Positions 9,799-20,579 of a DNA stretch of 64,000 nt are shown here, one piece after another. The DNA is taken from positions 43,563 through 107,562 of the forward strand of contig JAKAVT010000002.1 of assembly GCA_021817165.1 (NCBI GenBank), written 5' to 3'. The DNA comes from Nanobdellota archaeon. GTDB taxonomy: Archaea; Nanobdellota; Nanobdellia; Parvarchaeales; Parvarchaeaceae. Under the pieces are notes generated by a model that ran no database searches, was not told the DNA's origin, and saw only the letters and a program-made list of their open reading frames with translations. The number at the start of each line of letters is the position of its first letter. The stretch's first letter is position 1. The translations under genes and the position numbers were made by a program.

Positions 9799-10111
9799 AC
9801 GAATAGTTTTTATAGGAGACAGGAGAGATTCACTTGGATTAAAGCTTGCGGGCATTGATAACTCGATGTATTTAACCGGAAAGGAAGCGCTGAATGAAGT
9901 AATTAAATTAATAAAAAGCAAGGAATATAACCTTATAATAGCCGAGGAGAGTATAAAGGACTATGCGGATCAGAATGAGCTGAATACGATAAATTTAAGC
10001 GTAGATCCGCTGGTATTGCTTATACCCTCGCATGAAATCGAGGAAAGCAAAGAATCACTGGAAAGCTTGGCAAAAAGAGTACTGGGGGTGGACATAACAA
10101 AATTAAAATAA
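9788..10111 (+). CDS. atpF: A/V-type ATP synthase subunit F
   Basis: IVFIGDRRDSLGLKLAGI...KRVLGVDI. Confidence 0.92.
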   Translation: MEFKRIVFIGDRRDSLGLKLAGIDNSMYLTGKEALNEVIKLIKSKEYNLIIAEESIKDYADQNELNTINLSVDPLVLLIPSHEIEESKESLESLAKRVLGVDITKLK

Positions 10112-10112
10112 A

Positions 10113-11864
10113 ATGGAAGGAAAAATAATAGGGATTTCTGGTTCCGTAGTAACTGTTTCTGGTCTTGAGGACCCGATGATGAACAACATAGTCTTTATAG
10201 GAGAGAAGGAACTAGTGGGCGAGATTGTAAAGATAGAGGGCAGAAACGCAATAATCCAGGTATATGAGGATACAAGCGGGCTTAAGGTAGGAGAAAAGGC
10301 AGTTGACAGCAAAGAACCCTTGTCTGTAGAGCTTGGCCCCGGATTAATAGGCTCCATATTTGACGGTATTCAAAGGCCATTGGACAAAATACTCAGCAAA
10401 GAAGGCACGTTCATAAGCAGTGGAATAAAAATTAATTCATTGGACCGCGAAAAGAAATGGCATTTCAAGCCGAAGGCGGAAGAAGGAAAGGCAGTAGAAC
10501 CAGGCGAAGAGATTGGGGAGGTAAAAGAGACCTCTTTGATAAAACACAAAGTCATTGTTCCAATAAACAAGAAAGGAATAATAAAGAAGATTGCAGAAGA
10601 AGGAGATTACACTGTAGAAGACACTATTGCAGTATTGGAGGACGATAAAAAAACTGAAGAAATAAAGCTTATGACAAAATGGCCGGTAAGAACTGCGAGG
10701 CCTGTAAAGGAAAAGCTTTCTCCAACCGTTCCTCTTTTAACAGGACAAAGAGCAATAGATACAATGTTCCCGGTTGCAATGGGAGGGACTGCGGCAGTAC
10801 CCGGTCCATTTGGGTCGGGAAAGACCGTAATTCAGCACCAGCTTGCAAAGTGGTCCGATGCCGACGTTATAGTATATGTGGGCTGCGGTGAAAGGGGAAA
10901 CGAGATGACGGAAATACTTACAACCTTCCCAGAATTAAAGGACCCAAAAAGCGGCAAGCCGTTGATGGACAGGACAATACTTATAGCAAACACTTCAAAT
11001 ATGCCGGTAGCTGCAAGAGAAGCAAGCATTTACACGGGGATAACGCTTGCAGAGTATTACAGAGACATGGGTTACAGCGTTGCGGTAATGGCAGACAGTA
11101 CTTCAAGATGGGCGGAAGCCTTGAGGGAACTGTCCGGAAGATTGGAGGAGATGCCTGGAGAAGAAGGCTATCCCGCATATCTCGGAAGAAGAGTCGGTGA
11201 ATTTTATGAAAGGGCCGGAAGAGCAAGGATACTAAGCGGAAAGATAGGCGCGGCAACCATAATAGGTGCGGTTTCTCCACCAGGCGGTGACATATCCGAA
11301 CCGGTCTCGCAGAATACTCTTAGGGTGACAAGGGTCTTTTGGGCATTGGATGCATCCCTTGCAAATGCAAGGCATTTTCCTTCCATAAACTGGCTTAACA
11401 GCTATTCATTGTATACGGATGAACTAGACCAATGGTACAGAAAGAACATTGCAGAAGATTGGCCGGAACTTAGGGACAAATCAATGGCTACTCTGCAGAA
11501 AGAAGCGGAGATAAATGAGATTGTACAACTTGTAGGGTATGATGCGCTTCCGGAATCAGACAAGCTTATACTTGACGTTGCCAGAATGCTGAGAGAGGAT
11601 TACCTTCAGCAGAATGCTTTCGATGAAATAGACACCTATGCATCGGTAAGCAAGCAATACAGGATGCTGAAGATAATAAACCAGGTATTTGATGCGGAGA
11701 AGGCTGCGCTTGAAAGGAACGTTCCGATAGAAAAGATACAGTCTGTACAGGTAAAACCTAAGATAGCAAGGTTGAGATACACAAAAGAAGAAGAGATTGA
11801 CGCTAAGATAAAAGAAATAGAAAAAGACATAGAAGAAATAAAAAAGACAAACGTGGAGAAATAA
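10113..11864 (+). CDS. atpA: A/V-type ATP synthase subunit A
   Basis: [33 protein letters not shown]; no intein. Confidence 0.98.
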   Translation: MEGKIIGISGSVVTVSGLEDPMMNNIVFIGEKELVGEIVKIEGRNAIIQVYEDTSGLKVGEKAVDSKEPLSVELGPGLIGSIFDGIQRPLDKILSKEGTFISSGIKINSLDREKKWHFKPKAEEGKAVEPGEEIGEVKETSLIKHKVIVPINKKGIIKKIAEEGDYTVEDTIAVLEDDKKTEEIKLMTKWPVRTARPVKEKLSPTVPLLTGQRAIDTMFPVAMGGTAAVPGPFGSGKTVIQHQLAKWSDADVIVYVGCGERGNEMTEILTTFPELKDPKSGKPLMDRTILIANTSNMPVAAREASIYTGITLAEYYRDMGYSVAVMADSTSRWAEALRELSGRLEEMPGEEGYPAYLGRRVGEFYERAGRARILSGKIGAATIIGAVSPPGGDISEPVSQNTLRVTRVFWALDASLANARHFPSINWLNSYSLYTDELDQWYRKNIAEDWPELRDKSMATLQKEAEINEIVQLVGYDALPESDKLILDVARMLREDYLQQNAFDEIDTYASVSKQYRMLKIINQVFDAEKAALERNVPIEKIQSVQVKPKIARLRYTKEEEIDAKIKEIEKDIEEIKKTNVEK

Positions 11865-11865
11865 C

Positions 11866-13248
11866 ATGGAAGAAATAGAATACAGGACAATTGAAAGAGT
11901 AACGAACGTTTTGCTCTTTGTAAAGGACGTAAAGAACGCAGGCTACAATGAACAGGTTGAGATAGAGCTTGAAACCGGTAAAAAGGTAAGCGGGCAGGTT
12001 CTTGCGACGAATGAAGACGTAACTATAATACAGGTATTCGGTGAAACCACGGGAATGAACACGCAGACTACAAAAGTAAGGTTCAAAGGCACGACTTTCA
12101 AGATGCCAGTAAGTATGGATATGGTCGGTAGAGTATTTGATGGATTGGGAAGACCAAGAGACGGCGGCATACCTATTTTCAGCGACGAAAAAATGGACAT
12201 AAACGGAAGCCCGATAAATCCCTACGCGAGGGAAGAGCCTTCGGAATTCGTACAGACAGGAATATCCTCTATAGACTGCATGAATACGCTTGTAAGAGGG
12301 CAGAAACTGCCAATATTCTCTGGCTCAGGACTTGCGCACAACAAGCTTGCAGCTCAGATAGTGAAGCAGGCAAAGATACTTGCGGAAAAGCAGAATTTCT
12401 ATGTCGTTTTCGGAGGGATAGGGATAAACAGCGAGGATGCCAACTTTTTCGTAAATGAATTCCAGAACAGCGGTGCGCTTGAAAGATCGGTGATATTCCT
12501 TAATCTTGCTGCAGAGCCTTCTATGGAGAGAGTCATCCTTCCAAGGCTTGCATTGACGGCTGCAGAATATCTTGCATATGAAAAAAATGCACACGTAATG
12601 GTTATACTTACTGACATGACAAACTACGCAGAAGCGCTGCGTGAAATATCCGCAGCCAGGGACGAAGTACCTGGAAGAAGAGGCTATCCTGGCTACATGT
12701 ACACGGACCTTGCCGGGCTTTTTGAGAGAGCCGGAAAAGTAAAAGGCAAAGAAGGGTCAGTAACGCAGCTGCCAATACTTACAATGCCAAGCGACGACAT
12801 AACGCACCCGATACCGGATTTAACCGGCTATATTACCGAAGGACAGGTGGTACTAAGCAGGGCTCTTGATAAGAGCGGAATCTATCCCGGAGTGGATGTT
12901 CTTCTTTCATTGTCAAGGCTTATGAACCAGGGAATAGGAAAGGACTCTACAAGAGAGGACCACAGAAGCGTTTCGGACCAGCTTTATGCCGCATACGCAA
13001 AGGGAAAAGAACTGAGAAGCTTGACCGAAATAGTGGGAGAAGACGCATTAAGCAAAATCGACAAGCAGTATCTTCACTTTGCTGAAGAGTTCGAAACCCG
13101 GTTCATAAAACAGGGATTCAATGAAGACAGGAGCATAAATGAGACGCTGGATTTGGGCTGGGAACTTTTAAGCAGCATAGACAAAAGCGAGATGAAAAGA
13201 ATAAAACCAGAATTCATAGAAAAATACGGCAAATGGAAACAAATATAA
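11866..13248 (+). CDS. atpB: A/V-type ATP synthase subunit B
   Basis: [40 protein letters not shown]. Confidence 0.98.
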   Translation: MEEIEYRTIERVTNVLLFVKDVKNAGYNEQVEIELETGKKVSGQVLATNEDVTIIQVFGETTGMNTQTTKVRFKGTTFKMPVSMDMVGRVFDGLGRPRDGGIPIFSDEKMDINGSPINPYAREEPSEFVQTGISSIDCMNTLVRGQKLPIFSGSGLAHNKLAAQIVKQAKILAEKQNFYVVFGGIGINSEDANFFVNEFQNSGALERSVIFLNLAAEPSMERVILPRLALTAAEYLAYEKNAHVMVILTDMTNYAEALREISAARDEVPGRRGYPGYMYTDLAGLFERAGKVKGKEGSVTQLPILTMPSDDITHPIPDLTGYITEGQVVLSRALDKSGIYPGVDVLLSLSRLMNQGIGKDSTREDHRSVSDQLYAAYAKGKELRSLTEIVGEDALSKIDKQYLHFAEEFETRFIKQGFNEDRSINETLDLGWELLSSIDKSEMKRIKPEFIEKYGKWKQI

Positions 13249-13847
13249 GGGTAACGAGAAGGGAACTGATAGAGACCAAGAGGAAAATAAAGACCGCAGG
13301 CAGAGGTTTGCAGCTGCTGAAGATGAAAAGATCCTCTCTTATACTTGAATTTTTTGAGCTTGCAAAAAAAGTGCAGAGCATGAAAACGGACCTTAAAAAA
13401 TTCATGGACAGGAGCAGGGAAAGCCTGGAGATAGCAGAGGCGCTGAGCGGCCGCATAACGATAGAAAGGGTAGCACAGGAACAGAGTGAGAAGCTTGCGA
13501 GCCTGAAAGCCAGGAACGTCATGGGATTGGTTATACCAAACATAAACGTAAATGAAACTCTTGATGTTCTAAGCAAAAGCGACAGTTTGACCATACCGAC
13601 TCCGGTTTACGACGCAAAGAACATGTATTCTTCTTTTCTTTCTATGCTTATAGAGATAGCTGAAAAAGAAACGGCGATGAGGAATTTACTAAACGAGATA
13701 TACAAACTTAACAGAAGGACAAATTCGATAGAGAACGTGATAATACCGAGATGGGAAGCGAAGATAAAATACATAAAACAAAGTTTGGACGACATGGAAA
13801 GAGACAGGCTGGTGTCCATCAAATTTATAAAAAGGCTGCATGGTTGA
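13233..13847 (+). CDS. atpD: A/V-type ATP synthase subunit D
   Basis: TRRELIE...[23 protein letters not shown]. Confidence 0.95.
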   Translation: METNIRVTRRELIETKRKIKTAGRGLQLLKMKRSSLILEFFELAKKVQSMKTDLKKFMDRSRESLEIAEALSGRITIERVAQEQSEKLASLKARNVMGLVIPNINVNETLDVLSKSDSLTIPTPVYDAKNMYSSFLSMLIEIAEKETAMRNLLNEIYKLNRRTNSIENVIIPRWEAKIKYIKQSLDDMERDRLVSIKFIKRLHG

Positions 13848-14166
13848 AATGGAATCTCTTGAAATTCTGCAGAAGATACGGGACATAGAGGATTTATCGG
13901 CTAAGAAAATAGAACAGGCACAGGAAAAAGCAAAAAATCTAGTTGAAGAAACGGAAAAGAAAAACGAAGAAAAAACAAAAAAGGCCGAAAAGGAAGCACA
14001 TGACATGATAAATGCGGCGCTTGAAAACGTTGGGAAAGAAACGGCAAAAACCAGAGAAGACGCGTTAAAGGAGGCAGATAAGAAGGCTGCCATCATAAAG
14101 CCGCTTGACGAAAAGGAGATGCTGAAGATATTTGACGAAACTTTAAGGGAGGAATTCAAACTGTAA
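13840..14166 (+). CDS. atpH: A/V-type ATP synthase subunit H (peripheral stalk)
   Basis: 108-aa E/K/A-rich coiled coil between atpD and atpI. Confidence 0.75.
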   Translation: MVEMESLEILQKIRDIEDLSAKKIEQAQEKAKNLVEETEKKNEEKTKKAEKEAHDMINAALENVGKETAKTREDALKEADKKAAIIKPLDEKEMLKIFDETLREEFKL

Positions 14167-16097
14167 TGTTTCTGCCAAGTAAAATAGAGAAGATAAGATT
14201 GATAATGCCGAAGATTTACTATGACAAGGCTGTTACTTTGCTTGGAGAACTGGGCTTTCTTCAGATAGAGGTGCTGGAAAGCGAAAGCAAAAAGATCCTA
14301 AACGACTTTAAGGAGATTGAATACGATAAGATAAACAAGTACAGCCAAAAAATAAGAAGTCTGGAAAGCAGCCTGGTAAAGCAGAAGACGGTCAATCTTA
14401 ACATAAACAACCTGAAGCAGGTATTCCATGAAGTAGACAAGATAAAGATATACGAGGAAGTAAACGACATTAAAAAAGAGGAGGAAAAGGCAAAAGCAAG
14501 CATAAAAGAAAGCGCTTCGCTAATGGAAATACTCAACCTGATGAAAGGGTTCAAACGTGACCTTAGGATATTGAACGGCATGAGGGTAGAATCGTTCATA
14601 ATGAAAAAAACGAAGGAAAAGGCCCAATTTGCGGGAATAGTCAAAAAAGAGATAGATTGCGAATTCAACGAACTTGAAAACTCGTACATATTCACGATAG
14701 AAAAATACAACAAGGAAAAGCTTGCCAACCTTGCAAACAAAGAAGCGGTGAACCTGATAAAGGTTCCTGAAATGAAGGGCAGAGTGGCAGAAACGATTGA
14801 ATTACAGCAGGCCAACATTAAAAAAGAGGAGGAAAAGCTCGCAAGCCTTAATAAAAGACTGGAAAAATTGTCCAAAAAGTACTATGGGCTTGTGTCTAAC
14901 CTTAAGGAATATCTTGACATAGAGATAAAAAAGGCCTCCATAATACCAAAAGTCGGTTCTACAGATTACATCACGGTAATTGAGGGCTGGATGGAAACAA
15001 AGAAGATACAGTCATTGGAAGAAAGCCTTGACAAGTTAACCGAAGGACAATTTGTGCTGGAAAAGATAAAAACGAATGAAGAACCGCCTACAAAGATGGA
15101 GAATCCCGTTTCTTTCAAGCTCTATGAGTTCTTCATAAAGTTCTACTCGATACCAAAGAGCAGCGAAATTGATCCTACCATCTTTTTTGGGATAGCCTTT
15201 CCGATATTCTTTGGATTGATGGTAGGGGATGCAGGTTATGGCGCAACTTTCCTTCTGCTTAGCTTTTGGCTTGTGCACAGAATAAAACACCCTCCTAAAA
15301 AAAGTCACATACCGAGAAAACTTGCAAAATTCGTAAAGACGATAATAAGCAAGAACAGCCTTGTAATGATAATGAAGGCTATAGTCCCAGGATCCGCGAT
15401 AGCAGTTGTCCTTGGGATAATATTCAACGAATACTTCGGATTTTCACTTCCGTATACGCCACTCTTTGACGTTACCAAAAGCGTTTCTACTTTGCTATTG
15501 ATTTCCGGGTGGATTGGGGTGGCAATGGTGTCATTTGGCTTCGTGCTTGGCGCGCTCAACGCGCTATACAATAAAAAAGTCAAGAAGGCCGTCGGAAGAA
15601 TAGGCTGGCTTTTAGTTGCATGGGGGATTGTAATAGTAGGTTTAGCAGTACTGCATAAAGAAAGCATAGGTTTATCTAACTTAGAGGCAATCGGCAGCTA
15701 TGTGGCAATAATAATAGGCATACTCTTAGTCCTTAAATCGGAAGGAACGCAGTCTTTGATGGAAATTCCGTCAGTTATAAGCCACATACTTTCATACACA
15801 AGGCTTGTCGGCATACTTCTTGCTTCTGTCATTCTTGCGCAGGTGATAAACCTCATTTTCGTTTCAAGTCTAAGCGGCTCTATACCATTCATCATAGGGG
15901 GGGTCGTAATCTTAGTATTCGGCCAGCTTTTCAACATAGTAATAGCATTGTTTGAAGGCGGGATACAGGGGGCAAGGCTTATCTACGTTGAGTTCTTTTC
16001 CAAGTTCTTTGAAGGAAATGGAAACATGTTCAAGCCGTTCAAGATAGAGAGACGGAATACGGCAAATGTCTATGTTAAAAACGTCAAGAGGAATTGA
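14166..16097 (+). CDS. atpI: A/V-type ATP synthase subunit I (a)
   Basis: EPPTKMEN, EIDPT, FFGLMVGDAGYG, SHILSYTRL (essential Arg), RLIYVEFFSKF. Confidence 0.96.
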   Translation: MFLPSKIEKIRLIMPKIYYDKAVTLLGELGFLQIEVLESESKKILNDFKEIEYDKINKYSQKIRSLESSLVKQKTVNLNINNLKQVFHEVDKIKIYEEVNDIKKEEEKAKASIKESASLMEILNLMKGFKRDLRILNGMRVESFIMKKTKEKAQFAGIVKKEIDCEFNELENSYIFTIEKYNKEKLANLANKEAVNLIKVPEMKGRVAETIELQQANIKKEEEKLASLNKRLEKLSKKYYGLVSNLKEYLDIEIKKASIIPKVGSTDYITVIEGWMETKKIQSLEESLDKLTEGQFVLEKIKTNEEPPTKMENPVSFKLYEFFIKFYSIPKSSEIDPTIFFGIAFPIFFGLMVGDAGYGATFLLLSFWLVHRIKHPPKKSHIPRKLAKFVKTIISKNSLVMIMKAIVPGSAIAVVLGIIFNEYFGFSLPYTPLFDVTKSVSTLLLISGWIGVAMVSFGFVLGALNALYNKKVKKAVGRIGWLLVAWGIVIVGLAVLHKESIGLSNLEAIGSYVAIIIGILLVLKSEGTQSLMEIPSVISHILSYTRLVGILLASVILAQVINLIFVSSLSGSIPFIIGGVVILVFGQLFNIVIALFEGGIQGARLIYVEFFSKFFEGNGNMFKPFKIERRNTANVYVKNVKRN

Positions 16098-16135
16098 GCC
16101 TTTTTTTAATTTTATAATTAAGATTTTTATTTACT

Positions 16136-16157
16136 ATTAAAGGCAATGGCCTTTAAT
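16136..16157. terminator. Perfect 9-bp inverted repeat between the convergent atp operon and tRNA-Gln
   Basis: ATTAAAGGC-AATG-GCCTTTAAT; a T-tract also follows the atpI stop. Confidence 0.45.
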
Positions 16158-16188
16158 TGACTTTTATACAATAACTCTGCAAAAATAT

Positions 16189-16261
16189 TAGCCCTGACCG
16201 GATTTGAACCGGTGTCTAGGGCTCCAAAGGCCCTCGTGCTTGGCCGCTACACTACAGGGCT
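16189..16261 (-). tRNA. tRNA-Gln(TTG)
   Basis: AGCCCTG acceptor with the archaeal Gln A1-U72 pair; anticodon arm AGGGC-CT-TTG-GA-GCCCT; T loop TTCAAAT; no intron, no encoded CCA. Confidence 0.96.
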
Positions 16262-16324
16262 ATAACATAAGCTTATGAAAGCCTCAAATATAAAACTTAA
16301 ATATACTGAAACATAGAGATTTAA

Positions 16325-17362
16325 ATGTTGTTAGAAATATTGCTGTCTGCGATAATTGCGGCGATTGCCACATTTATAAGCGGTAAGTTCATAATTCCTT
16401 TACTTGTAAGAGCCGGGTTGGTAGCACAGGACATAAACAAGGAAAAACGGCCAATACTGCCCTCAAGCGGTGGTTTCCTTTTGATTATAGGGTTGTTCGC
16501 GGGGATAATGTCGCTTATAGCGGCATATAATTACGTAATAAAGGCGGATTTAAATCCAGAAGCACTTTTGCTTGGATTGTCGGCCATAATAATAATAGCA
16601 TTAATTGGATTTATAGATGACCTATCGGGCGGAAAAGTAAGGACTTCTACGGCTGACATAAAAAGAATGGCAAAAAACTATCTGATGTTCAATGGAGGGA
16701 TAAGGCAGTGGCAGAAGCCAATTCTTACCTTAATAGGCGCGGTTCCATTAATGGTCTTCTTCTTCGGAAGCACTGTTTACTTCCCTGGGATAGGAAACGT
16801 TGTCATTAATCCTACAATATATATAATCATTTTGATCCCGCTTGGGATTGTATTCGCATCCAATGCTTACAACATGCTGGAAGGCCTAAACGGGATAGCC
16901 ATTCAGATGGGCCTGGTTTTATTTGCAGCTTTTTCCATACTTGCTTTCCATCTTCAAAATTACAACGGGCTTGCGCTTTCTGCCATAATGTTCTCGGTAT
17001 TGCTAGGCTACCTATATTACGGCAAATACCCCGCAAAAATCATACCTGGAGACAGTTTAACGTATCTAATAGGGGGAGCAGTGGCAGTGGTTGCAATAGT
17101 GGGAAACATGCAGTTGTTTGCAGTATTTATCATGATACCCTGGATAATAGAATTTGTTTTAAAGGCCAGAAAAAGGTTTCACGCAAGTTCCTGGGGCATA
17201 ATACACAAAGATGGAACGCTTTCTTCTCCTTATGGAAACAAGATATACTCACTTACGCACGTATTTTTAAGGAGGGAAAAATACAAGGAATGGCAGATAG
17301 CGCTGATGCTAACGTTTATTGAGGTAGGAATATCTGCAGTAGGTTTAGCCATATTCTGGTAA
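16325..17362 (+). CDS. UDP-GlcNAc:dolichyl-phosphate GlcNAc-1-phosphotransferase (MraY/GPT/AglH family)
   Basis: Multi-TM; GFIDD, NAYNMLEGLNG, YPAKIIPGDS. Confidence 0.9.
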   Translation: MLLEILLSAIIAAIATFISGKFIIPLLVRAGLVAQDINKEKRPILPSSGGFLLIIGLFAGIMSLIAAYNYVIKADLNPEALLLGLSAIIIIALIGFIDDLSGGKVRTSTADIKRMAKNYLMFNGGIRQWQKPILTLIGAVPLMVFFFGSTVYFPGIGNVVINPTIYIIILIPLGIVFASNAYNMLEGLNGIAIQMGLVLFAAFSILAFHLQNYNGLALSAIMFSVLLGYLYYGKYPAKIIPGDSLTYLIGGAVAVVAIVGNMQLFAVFIMIPWIIEFVLKARKRFHASSWGIIHKDGTLSSPYGNKIYSLTHVFLRREKYKEWQIALMLTFIEVGISAVGLAIFW

Positions 17363-17408
17363 GAAAAATACTGGAAAGAGTTAAATTTAAATAAAATCTA
17401 ATTAAAAT

Positions 17409-17879
17409 ATGGAAATAATACCGATGGGAAACACCGCTGTACAGTACGAAGGAGTGCTGGATGACCAGAAATTTTACAACTTTTTAAGAGACCTGTTGGT
17501 TTCCGCAGGATATTCTGTGAAAGAGACAAATTACATACAATTCTCGGGCGCAAACTACGTAATAAAGTGGACTGCCCTTAAGGTAATAGACGATTACATG
17601 GCCTACCGCATTACTGTAAACCTTGATTACAGAAACATACAGGAAACTATGGCAGTAAAGGAGGGAAAACAGGTAAAGGCGAAAACTGGCACCGTGCAGG
17701 TGCAGCTGGTTTCTGATATACTGGTGGATTACCTTAACAAATGGACGAAAGGCATTTCAAAACTGGTGAGGCCTATATACGACAAAATGAACGAAGAAGT
17801 GGTCAACCAGAGGAAAACCGCCTTTGAAAGCGACGTGGAAAGCATTAAAACGGCAATCCAATCCAACTTCAACCAGTGA
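17409..17879 (+). CDS. Hypothetical protein
   Basis: Clean 156-aa ORF preceded by a TATA-like element; its stop overlaps the next start (GTGA). Confidence 0.8.
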   Translation: MEIIPMGNTAVQYEGVLDDQKFYNFLRDLLVSAGYSVKETNYIQFSGANYVIKWTALKVIDDYMAYRITVNLDYRNIQETMAVKEGKQVKAKTGTVQVQLVSDILVDYLNKWTKGISKLVRPIYDKMNEEVVNQRKTAFESDVESIKTAIQSNFNQ

Positions 17880-19645
17880 TCATGCAAAGTTTAACATCCC
17901 TAGACATATACAAATTACTCGATGAACTTGATTTTATAAACGGCGGGTTTATAAGGAACATAAAAAGCAGAAGAAACGAGTTTTATTTTCTCATTTACAA
18001 GGGGAAAGAGTACTGGCTCAAGATAGTTCCGGGGCATTATTTCTGCATAGCAGACGAAAAACCGGAAGACAGCATAGATTTCGGCTTTACAGTACTGGTA
18101 AAAAATGCGCTTAAAGGAAAAAGATTTTCGATTAGCATGCACAATTCAGACAGGATACTGGAAATAAAAACTGACAGCAATAAATTGGTAATAGAGATGT
18201 TTTCCAAGGGAAACGTTATACTTCTAAAGGATGAAAAGATAGAGAGGGCGCTTTTCCAGAGGAAATTTGAAAGCAGGGAGATATCCAGCGGCGGAGATTA
18301 CGCATATCCTCCAGGAAACAAGAAATCGTTCAATGACATGTACGGTGGTTTCTATTCCATGTTGAAATCGTCTGATAGGGAAAGCACCGTAAAAAGCCTT
18401 GCAATGGACTTTTCAATGGGTGGATACTATGCTGAAGAAGCATGTTTCCGTGCTGGAATCGACAAGTCCAAAAAGCCGCTAGAACTCAGCATTGGAGAAT
18501 CCAAAATGCTCAGGGAAAAATTCCTCGAGATACTGAAAGAAAAGAAGCCGAACGTGATCGATAAAAAGATATTTTCAGCAATCGAATTAAAGCACATGGC
18601 TGGGGAAAGAGAATACTTTGAAAATATGAACTCGGCAGTGGCAAGCTTCTTTGAGAAAGCCGAAGAACCGGAGAGGAAAAACCCGGTAAAACTGGAACTT
18701 AACAAGGCGCAGGACCGGCTGAAAGAATACGAAAATGACATAGAATTTATAAACGCGAATTACGAGCGGATAGAAAACGCGATAAAAATCATAAGATCGT
18801 CGGACAAAAGCATAAACGACAGGGAGAAAGAGCTGAATAACCTGGGATTCGTTATAAGCGGAAAAAACATAATCCCGAAGGAAAGGCAGCAGGTTAACAT
18901 AGACATGACGCAAAGCCTCAATTACAATCTGTCCCTTTTGTACCAAAAGGCGAAAAGACTTAAGAACATTGATGCCGAAGCAATAACCTCAAAAACCAGG
19001 ATGATAAAAAGAATAAAAACAAAGAACGAAAACCAGTGGTACTCCAAGTTCAGGCATTTCATCACATCGGAAGGCAAGCTGGTGGTAATAGGCAAAGACG
19101 TCAACCAAAACAATTCGTTGATAGAAAAACACCTAGAAAAAAATGATTTAGTTGGGCATGCTGACGTGTTTGGAAGCCCGTTTGGTGTCATAAAAGCCGG
19201 GGAAAATGGAGAAATAAGCAGAAAAGAAATGGAGGAAACTGCGGCAATGATAGCATCGTACTCTTCTGCATGGAGGGCCGGTGCAGCAAATCTCGACGTT
19301 TATTTTGTAAAGCCGGAGCAGGTAACAAAAACCCCCCCTTCAGGAGAGTCACTTAAAAAGGGAGCATTTTACATAGAAGGGAAAAGAGATTACGTCAAAA
19401 ACGTTCAACTGGGAATTTATATATCCATAGAAATAAAGGAAGAGATGGCAGACTTGAAAGCCACTCCGTATGAACCGGCATCGACGTTCTTCTTGATAAA
19501 ACCCGGAAGCAAAAAGAGGGATGAAGTGATAAGAAAAATAAACAGAGCTATTGCGCAAAAGTACTCCGTGCAGGTGAACGAGGATTATATAGATAAACTC
19601 CTGCCGCAGGGCAGATCTTCGGTAGAAAAAATAAAATTGCTTTGA
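17876..19645 (+). CDS. rqcH: NFACT family ribosome rescue protein (RqcH/Rqc2 homolog)
   Basis: HNSDRILE, IEMFSKGNVIL, GGYYAEE, WYSKFRHF, HADVFGSP, KTPPSGESLKKGAF. Start is GTG 17876 or ATG 17882. Confidence 0.92.
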   Translation: MIMQSLTSLDIYKLLDELDFINGGFIRNIKSRRNEFYFLIYKGKEYWLKIVPGHYFCIADEKPEDSIDFGFTVLVKNALKGKRFSISMHNSDRILEIKTDSNKLVIEMFSKGNVILLKDEKIERALFQRKFESREISSGGDYAYPPGNKKSFNDMYGGFYSMLKSSDRESTVKSLAMDFSMGGYYAEEACFRAGIDKSKKPLELSIGESKMLREKFLEILKEKKPNVIDKKIFSAIELKHMAGEREYFENMNSAVASFFEKAEEPERKNPVKLELNKAQDRLKEYENDIEFINANYERIENAIKIIRSSDKSINDREKELNNLGFVISGKNIIPKERQQVNIDMTQSLNYNLSLLYQKAKRLKNIDAEAITSKTRMIKRIKTKNENQWYSKFRHFITSEGKLVVIGKDVNQNNSLIEKHLEKNDLVGHADVFGSPFGVIKAGENGEISRKEMEETAAMIASYSSAWRAGAANLDVYFVKPEQVTKTPPSGESLKKGAFYIEGKRDYVKNVQLGIYISIEIKEEMADLKATPYEPASTFFLIKPGSKKRDEVIRKINRAIAQKYSVQVNEDYIDKLLPQGRSSVEKIKLL

Positions 19646-19864
19646 TCACTTTGAGGAATGCTCTATTATGAATTCCTCTATTGCCTTGCTTTTCGCCAGC
19701 TTCGTAATGAAACCGGCTATCTTGTTTCTGTTCCTTTTCTGGGCAGTTACGACCTTGTTCAATGCTTCCTTGTTGTTCTCGAAATTGTCATTGAAAAGGC
19801 CTTTGTATCTCTTTAGAACTTCTATCGTTGCGTTCCTTATCTCTTTTCCTCTTATCCTTCCCAT
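19646..19864 (-). CDS. rps17e: 30S ribosomal protein S17e
   Basis: MGRIR...FNDNFENNK...RNKIAGFIT. Confidence 0.95.
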   Translation of the reverse strand: MGRIRGKEIRNATIEVLKRYKGLFNDNFENNKEALNKVVTAQKRNRNKIAGFITKLAKSKAIEEFIIEHSSK

Positions 19865-19925
19865 CCGTTATTATAGCTGCAGGAGGTATTTAAATATTCT
19901 TGTTTTTGAGTTATTAGCTTAGACA

Positions 19926-20252
19926 TTAATCTGCAACCTGAAGATTGTTCAGATACTCGTCAACACTTATGTAGGTGGGCACTCTTCTGAGCCCTTTTAT
20001 CTTAATCTCCTTCCTAAGGAAATAATCCAGATACGAATCCCAAGGCATACAATTCCCTGCTACACATGTATAAAAATGTAATCTGATTCTTCCGTTGTCC
20101 TGCCTTTTTAGCTCTACAACATCTTTTTCTCTTTCATCGAAAAAGTCGTAAATATTATTTTTCGTTCTTTCAAACTCGCTGATAGGCATGGTATAATCCA
20201 CATCATCCAGCACGTGTTTATCCGGCAGAATAATCTTCGAAAGTTTATCCAT
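19926..20252 (-). CDS. Hypothetical protein
   Basis: 108-aa ORF with no recognised motif and an AT-rich upstream region. Confidence 0.6.
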   Translation of the reverse strand: MDKLSKIILPDKHVLDDVDYTMPISEFERTKNNIYDFFDEREKDVVELKRQDNGRIRLHFYTCVAGNCMPWDSYLDYFLRKEIKIKGLRRVPTYISVDEYLNNLQVAD

Positions 20253-20495
20253 ATTACTTGTTATTTTCTACCATTGGTTATATCGCTTAATAATGTATTT
20301 GTTCTCTTTGTATTTATATTTTCATTTTTTTTGAGTTCGCTTCCCTCTCATGATTAAAACAACGGCTTTTCTGACAACGCATAATAAAATTTAATGTAAG
20401 AATAAGTGTTGTCTTATTAAAGTAATTTGATTTACTAAAAAGAGATATACAACAAAGTTAAATATAAGACACTATTTAAAATTAATTGAAACATT

Positions 20496-20567
20496 GCCTA
20501 GGTGGCTCAGTGGCAAAGCGTCTCCTTGGTAAGGAGAAGATCGCGAGTCCGATTCTCGCCCTAGGCT
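20496..20567 (+). tRNA. tRNA-Thr(GGT)
   Basis: GCCTAGG/CCTAGGC acceptor; TCTCC-TT-GGT-AA-GGAGA; T arm GCGAG-TCCGATT-CTCGC; U73. Confidence 0.95.
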
Positions 20568-20579
20568 TGTCTTTTCATA

